Assembly: GCA_027490755.1 (NCBI GenBank)
Contig: JAIXXL010000021.1
Location: 25,675-89,674, forward strand
Length of the DNA stretch: 64,000 nucleotides
Source of the DNA: Betaproteobacteria bacterium
GTDB lineage: Bacteria > Pseudomonadota > Gammaproteobacteria > Burkholderiales > UBA3065
Reading direction: 5' to 3'
Shown here piece by piece: positions 59,039 through 64,000 of the stretch. A program made the position numbers and the translations under genes. Position 1 is the stretch's first letter. Each line of letters opens with the position of its first letter. A model generated the notes under the pieces. It did no database searches and was not told the origin of the DNA. It saw only the letters and a list, made by a program, of their open reading frames with translations.

Positions 59039-62000
59039 TCAATGAACCCAAGTGCGCAACAGTTCGTGCAGCCCGGTCAGCCTGCTCCGGGTAAGCAGCG
59101 AGGCTTTGTCGGAGTACGCATGCACCTGCTCATCGACGAACTCGACCCGATCGATCTGTCCCAGGGGCATCCCTCTGGCGAGGAACTCGTCGGTCTGCAC
59201 CACGACCACCAGCGCCCCGACATCCTTTCTTAGAACCAAGGCTCGGGTTCGCTCATATAAGACCCTTCCCGACGCCATTGCATGCGTTCGGCCTGACGGT
59301 GCAATTGTACGTTCTGCGCTGCTCAAGAACGCCGCGAGCCCTTTTCTGCAGAGTTCTTGCCATCGTGTCTCCGCCGCGCTCCACGCCGCGTCCCCACCCA
59401 CAAAAGCCTCCACAGGTATCCGGCCTTTGTTCACCAGCAGTCGGTCGAGATACTCGGGCAGGTAGCGGCGCGAGATCTCTCCGCCACCCAGCAAGGGCGC
59501 GTAGTTCACCTCATTGATGACCGCACCGTTCTCGTACCATGGCCGGGTGATGTCGGGGCTGATGATGTCCACGCCAGCGACCTCCAGGCTCATGAGCGCG
59601 GTGGCATCGAGCGCGATCCTCAGGTTGTCCGGATGAAGGTCGTGCGTAACTTCCTCGTCGACGCCGCCCCATGCCGAGGTCTCGATGCGTCGCAGACGCA
59701 CAAAGCGCCCCTTGCCGGGGACCGACTCGGCTAGCCAGCCGTCGCGCTTTAGGGTCTGCACGGCAAGTTCGTCCAGGGCGATCGGGTTGCACTGCCACGG
59801 CGGGATGAGCGACTGTCGCGCCCGTTCTCGCTCGACCAGCTCCCGTACTGTCGATTCGCCGTCCCCGTAGACGCCGATTGGGAGTCTGCGCACGGCATAC
59901 AGCAGCCGACCCGCGGTGATGAACAGCCGATGGCAAACCCCCTCGACCTGCTGCTCGACCAGTACCTGCTTGCCTCGTGATAGCTTGAGCGCTGCCGCGA
60001 ACGCAGCGTCGAGTGTCTCTGCATTGACATCGACGCTGACGCCTTCGCCACGCTCGCGGTCGGCCGGTTTCACGACCACCGGGTAACCCAGCCGGTCGGC
60101 GATCTGCTGCGCTTGTTCGCGTGCGCGCGCAACCCCGTGCCGCGGCGCTGGCAGACCTGCTTCGCGCAACAACTGCGCGGTCACGCGCTTGTTCTCTGTC
60201 AGCGCCATGCCGAAGACCGAATCCCGGTCGGTCGTGCTCCGGTCGATCCTCCGTGCCCGTTCACCCCAGCCCAATTGGTAGATGCCGCCGCTGATCGGTC
60301 GGAACGGTACGCCAGTCTCCCGCGCGACACGGAGCACCTCGAACGTGGATTTCCCGGCAGATACAGCTTGGGCGTGGCGCTTTACCAAGCTTTCATAGAT
60401 CTTTGCAAAGAACCCTTCGCGGAGCGAGGCATCTGCAGGGTCGGCGTTGTTCGCCCATTTGGCGACGGCGGATGCCTGCTTGAGAACATCCTGCAACACG
60501 CTATTTGGCGCCGCCTCGGTACCATTCAGACGGATAGTGGCTTGCCAACGCCCAGCGCGTGCGGTGTCAGGCTGACAGGTGAGGACCATCGGCTCATCAA
60601 ACATCGGCACTCGGACCGCATGCAGCAGGGCCAAGGCAAACCGCAAGACGCCGTGCAGCCAGAATCGGGCCCGCTCCTCTGTCCCCGAGGGAACCGTCTG
60701 GGGTTCCTCTGCGCGACCCGCATGGCCCGCGAGCAGTGTCAGCCAAGCCTGGAGTCTTAAGGCGTCTGGCTGGGCAGGGGGCTCGAAAGCCACATTCAGC
60801 GTTCCATTGGTGGCGACATGCGGCGCAGATGCCATTGGGGTCTTGCCACTCGTGGCCCCGGTCAAGTACTTGTGGAGCAGGGCCTGCACCGCATCGTGCT
60901 GGATCTTCCCTTGCTCGTTGCGGGGTATGCGATCAACCACCACTGCAGCGTGCAGCGCATGTGCCCCCAATCGTTCTTTCACATGCTCGACCAGGTGCGG
61001 CGGAGCGGCATCCATGGCGCGCCTGAGTTCGACAAGTGCCACAGGGACGTCCTGTAGAACAGAGTGCCGTATTGGCATGACGTGCGCGTCAGCGACAGCG
61101 GGGTGTGTCCGTAGGCACTCCTCCACCTCGGCGGGGTAGAGGTTGACGCCGCTGATGATCATCATGCCGTCGGCTCGACCGCGGTGGACGAGTTGCCCGC
61201 CAGGGGTCAACAAGCCTATATCGCCCGTCGCAAACCAGCCCTTCTTGAAAACGCGGCGGTTGTGTTCTCCCTCACCCACATAGCCGCAGATCGCAGCCGG
61301 GGAGTGGATCTCGATGAGGCCTTCTTGTCCATCAGGTAAGCGCTTGCCGTGCGCATCGACGACCCGCAAGCGGAAACCCGGGAGGGGGCTGCCCACGCCA
61401 CCGGGAAGCGTAAAAACATCCTCTGGCCTGGTTATCGTCGATGTGTGTGTCTCGTTGGTGCCGTAGAACAGGAACAGGTTGGGTGTCAGGCGGTCACGGA
61501 TCCTCTGGCGCAGGCCCATCGATACTGTTGAGCCTCCGATCATCAGGGCGTGCAGTCCAGCCAAGGGGCCCTTTCGCTCATTTTCAGGCTTCCTCAGCAT
61601 CAGCTCGGCGTGGAAGGCCGTGCCGTAGACAGCAGAGACTTGGCCAGACGTGACGAGAGACTCGAAATCGAACGCACCTGGTTTGCCAAGAAACACGCTG
61701 GCGCCTATGGCAAAGGCCTCGAGGCAACGTTGTTTGGCGGCATAGAAATGCATGCTCACCAAGCTGAGCAATGAGTCTTCGGGCCCGTATGGGAGCCACT
61801 TTGGCCCCAGGTTTGCGCGGGTGAGCTGTTGTCGATGGGTCACCGGTATGACCTTCGGCACGCCTGTGGACCCAGACCCGGTCACGTAGAGCCACGGTTG
61901 GTCGGCCACGTCTTCAGCGGCCGGTGGGACAGAGTCAGGGTCACCCGAGAGGGTCCCGAAGTCGATCGTGGGTAGGCCGTATGCCTTTGATTGAGGGGTG

Positions 62001-62356
62001 GCGTCGCCAGTCAGGATCGTGGCGGCGCTCGTGAGTGACAGCTGGCGTCGTGCATGTTCTTCGGGAGTCGAACTTGCGAGGCTCAGCGAGGTTGCACCAA
62101 TGTGCGCGAGTGCGAGCATTGCGACCAGATGGTCCAAAGGATCGTCCAGCGCTATGGCTACGGTACTACCCGTAACAATCCCGTATGCAAGCAGTCCGGA
62201 AGCGGTGGCGGCGACCCGCTGTTGCAATTCCACATAGGTGAGACGTTGGTCCGAGGTGGCGACAGCCGCCACGCCGGGATGCTGAATTGCCTCCCGGGAG
62301 AGGAGGCTTACGATGTTCTGTGACACTAGGGGGCTCTGCGGTGGTCGGCTAGGCAA
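59039..62356 (-). CDS. Fusion protein: ANL-superfamily adenylate-forming domain + CphA-like N/ATP-grasp module
   Basis: N-terminal approx. 500 aa: 'YVTGSGSTGVPKVIPVTH', 'FYGTNE', 'GWFATGDIG', 'GRADGMMIISGVNLYPAEVEE' and 'PRNEQGKIQ' (AMP-binding core motifs). C-terminal approx. 580 aa: 'GKSTFEVLRVARETGVPF...QLGWGERARRI', 'GYPVVVKPADRERGEGV', 'VLVEQQVEGVCHRLFI', 'AVINEVNYAPLL', then a P-loop-less region 'FVGGDAAWSAA'. An alternative GTG start at 62326 overlaps the GT stop (tagtg). Confidence 0.8.
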   Translation of the reverse strand: MPSRPPQSPLVSQNIVSLLSREAIQHPGVAAVATSDQRLTYVELQQRVAATASGLLAYGIVTGSTVAIALDDPLDHLVAMLALAHIGATSLSLASSTPEEHARRQLSLTSAATILTGDATPQSKAYGLPTIDFGTLSGDPDSVPPAAEDVADQPWLYVTGSGSTGVPKVIPVTHRQQLTRANLGPKWLPYGPEDSLLSLVSMHFYAAKQRCLEAFAIGASVFLGKPGAFDFESLVTSGQVSAVYGTAFHAELMLRKPENERKGPLAGLHALMIGGSTVSMGLRQRIRDRLTPNLFLFYGTNETHTSTITRPEDVFTLPGGVGSPLPGFRLRVVDAHGKRLPDGQEGLIEIHSPAAICGYVGEGEHNRRVFKKGWFATGDIGLLTPGGQLVHRGRADGMMIISGVNLYPAEVEECLRTHPAVADAHVMPIRHSVLQDVPVALVELRRAMDAAPPHLVEHVKERLGAHALHAAVVVDRIPRNEQGKIQHDAVQALLHKYLTGATSGKTPMASAPHVATNGTLNVAFEPPAQPDALRLQAWLTLLAGHAGRAEEPQTVPSGTEERARFWLHGVLRFALALLHAVRVPMFDEPMVLTCQPDTARAGRWQATIRLNGTEAAPNSVLQDVLKQASAVAKWANNADPADASLREGFFAKIYESLVKRHAQAVSAGKSTFEVLRVARETGVPFRPISGGIYQLGWGERARRIDRSTTDRDSVFGMALTENKRVTAQLLREAGLPAPRHGVARAREQAQQIADRLGYPVVVKPADRERGEGVSVDVNAETLDAAFAAALKLSRGKQVLVEQQVEGVCHRLFITAGRLLYAVRRLPIGVYGDGESTVRELVERERARQSLIPPWQCNPIALDELAVQTLKRDGWLAESVPGKGRFVRLRRIETSAWGGVDEEVTHDLHPDNLRIALDATALMSLEVAGVDIISPDITRPWYENGAVINEVNYAPLLGGGEISRRYLPEYLDRLLVNKGRIPVEAFVGGDAAWSAAETRWQELCRKGLAAFLSSAERTIAPSGRTHAMASGRVLYERTRALVLRKDVGALVVVVQTDEFLARGMPLGQIDRVEFVDEQVHAYSDKASLLTRSRLTGLHELLRTWVH

Positions 62357-63582
62357 TGCTGTACCCGCTCCATCAGCCGGTCGCCATTGCTTTGTAGATC
62401 ATGAAGTTTTCGCCCGGCCCCTCGAGCGCGGTCAACGTGGCGCCCATACACGGCCTCATCGTCAAACAACTCCTCCAGTCGTTGCGAAACATGCTCGACG
62501 ATTTCTTGGGGCACTAACCTTAAGTAGGGGGCTTCCTGGTACTCGGGCGGGAAGGCTATTGTCTCGCCGCCCTCCCCAAGTATCTCCGGGATACCGCCGG
62601 AGGTGCTGCCGATAACCGGGATACCATTCAGCAAAGCCTCAACGACCACGCGGGGACCGCTGTCCCACCAAAGGCTGGGGGCCAGAAGCACGCGAGCGCG
62701 GCCGTAAACCGGGCGCATATCCCGGGTGTTTGGGGTTAGGAGGACGTTTCGGACCTCATCCGGATCGATGCCCGTCTGGCTGGCGACGCTTTCAAGTAAG
62801 GCCAGCCATGTCGCGCGCGTGTCGACCACCTCAAACGGTATGTCTGGTCGACGCTGCGCCATGTGCAGGATCAGTTGAGCGACGAACACGCCTCCTTTGG
62901 CAGGTATCGGGTTGATAAACAGAACCCGCTCCCGCCTGTGAGCGTTCGCTGTGACCGGTGCCGGGTCTACGAAGGTCCCGAGCGGAATCATGTGGTAGCC
63001 CTCGCGCTGGCGATACATCTCAGCCGTTGCGCGGGTGTCGGTGAAAATGAAGTCGACATCTCTACACCATGTTGTTCCCCGGTTGTTGCCGTGCATTAGG
63101 AAGACACCTACGGCGATGTTCCTGCGGTGTGCCTCGTTCGCCGTCAACAGTGTGATGAGGGAGTTGTCGAAGAACAAGACGAGATCTGGCGAGTCTGCAT
63201 CGAGCAGGCGGCAGTACTCATCGAACCAGCGTTGCTCCTCGAAAGAGAGCATCAGCCGGCGCTGGCTGCGCTCGGTGACAAGGAGGCGGTGTCGTAGCAA
63301 GCCGTCGGGCACCTCGACGAATCTCCCTTTCTGTGCAAGCAGCCTTGGCCACAACTCTGCGCGACTCGCCATGCCCTGGGGGTTGACGAAAACCGTCGCG
63401 CCAATTGCCGCAACGTCGCATCCACGCAGTGCCAATTGGTTGAGGCACTCCCGGACCATCAGGCCGGCTCCGTTTGCGGTGTCGAGGAGCGTATTGGGGG
63501 AGGCCCAGAGGATTCTGATTGGCGGACTCATCTTGGATCCAACAACCGCAGCGGCGAGACTGTATCTAGCAGATTCAATCAC
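62326..63582 (-). CDS. Glycosyltransferase family 1/4 (GT-B)
   Basis: C-terminal 'LLAPSLWWDSGPRVVVEALLNGIPVIGSTSGGIPEILGEGGETIAF' is the GT1 EX7E-type region. The probable ATG start at 63531 gives 'MSPPIRILWASPN'; the track ORF starts at GTG 63582. Confidence 0.8.
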   Translation of the reverse strand: MIESARYSLAAAVVGSKMSPPIRILWASPNTLLDTANGAGLMVRECLNQLALRGCDVAAIGATVFVNPQGMASRAELWPRLLAQKGRFVEVPDGLLRHRLLVTERSQRRLMLSFEEQRWFDEYCRLLDADSPDLVLFFDNSLITLLTANEAHRRNIAVGVFLMHGNNRGTTWCRDVDFIFTDTRATAEMYRQREGYHMIPLGTFVDPAPVTANAHRRERVLFINPIPAKGGVFVAQLILHMAQRRPDIPFEVVDTRATWLALLESVASQTGIDPDEVRNVLLTPNTRDMRPVYGRARVLLAPSLWWDSGPRVVVEALLNGIPVIGSTSGGIPEILGEGGETIAFPPEYQEAPYLRLVPQEIVEHVSQRLEELFDDEAVYGRHVDRARGAGRKLHDLQSNGDRLMERVQHCLADHRRAP

Positions 63583-63754
63583 GGCCCCGGTCCGATGTGG
63601 CAGTGGGAGGACTTGCCCGCGCTACTGTGCCTCTGGATGGGGCTCCTCGCAAGGCGTCGGGCAGATACTCACGATATGCCTGGTGAGGAACGGGCAAAGC
63701 AAGACTGACGAACGAGACGCGGTATCCTGAGCCCCGAAACGGCGCAAACACCTT

Positions 63755-64000
63755 ATGCACCCTCCCATCAATTCACCCGATCGTCCCGCCTTTATCATCT
63801 GGACGATGCAGCGAACTGGTGGTACCAACTTCGCCCGTTGGCTGGATGGCTTCACCGGTAAACCCTTAGCCTTGCATGAACCGTTTATGGAGACACGAAT
63901 CCTCGGTCATGCCTCACGGGGTTGGAGACTAAACCAAAATGTAAGCATGCTTGAGGATGCTTTGTGCGCCGCACTGCACCAGCGACCTAGTTTAAAACAT
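63755..64000 (+). CDS. Hypothetical protein, 5' part only (possible sulfotransferase-like P-loop); continues beyond window
   Basis: ATG 63755, and the frame is open for 82 codons to the window edge. 'RPAFIIWTMQRTGGTNFARWL' is reminiscent of a PAPS-binding 5'-PSB loop. It is missing from the ORF track because no stop is reached. G+C is lower here. Confidence 0.35.
   Translation, partial: MHPPINSPDRPAFIIWTMQRTGGTNFARWLDGFTGKPLALHEPFMETRILGHASRGWRLNQNVSMLEDALCAALHQRPSLKH

Overview
This is a high-G+C proteobacterial chromosome segment whose gene order looks betaproteobacterial. It consists of a conserved housekeeping backbone interrupted by three accessory blocks. All calls come from reading the sequence and ORF translations by eye; no database search was run. 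Backbone genes: three tRNAs (His, Arg, Pro), an NAD-IDH-like dehydrogenase, an AddA-like helicase-nuclease, moaC, an M48 protease, chrA, rimP-nusA-infB-rbfA-truB-rpsO-pnp, dksA, rpmB-rpmG, glnS, tRNA-Phe, dcd, radA, nadC, rpsT, murJ, an FNT channel, a DinG-like helicase, and dapE/arsC-like/dapD/dapC. Accessory block 1 (1-9.2 kb): the end of a tad/cpa Flp-pilus locus, followed by a decayed island bounded by a 34-bp direct repeat of the tRNA-His 3' end. That island holds a sensor-kinase remnant, a receiver-adenylate cyclase, a low-G+C two-gene patch and an IS3-family remnant. Accessory block 2 (32.6-38.0 kb): an islet after tRNA-Phe, flanked by a duplicated terminator hairpin. It carries a second IS3 remnant, a TetR gene, an APC permease, a creatininase-family hydrolase and a glutamine-synthetase-like ligase. 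Accessory block 3 (52.2-64.0 kb, running off the window) is the most interesting. It is an atypical cyanophycin-synthetase-like cluster with three paralogous CphA-type ATP-grasp proteins: one full length, one without a functional Mur-ligase P-loop, and one fused to an ANL adenylating domain. These sit with a HExxH-motif hydroxylase-like protein, an unannotated 32-codon ORF just upstream of it, an SDR and a glycosyltransferase. No cyanophycinase is visible. Many long antisense ORFs in the track are high-G+C shadow ORFs and were rejected.
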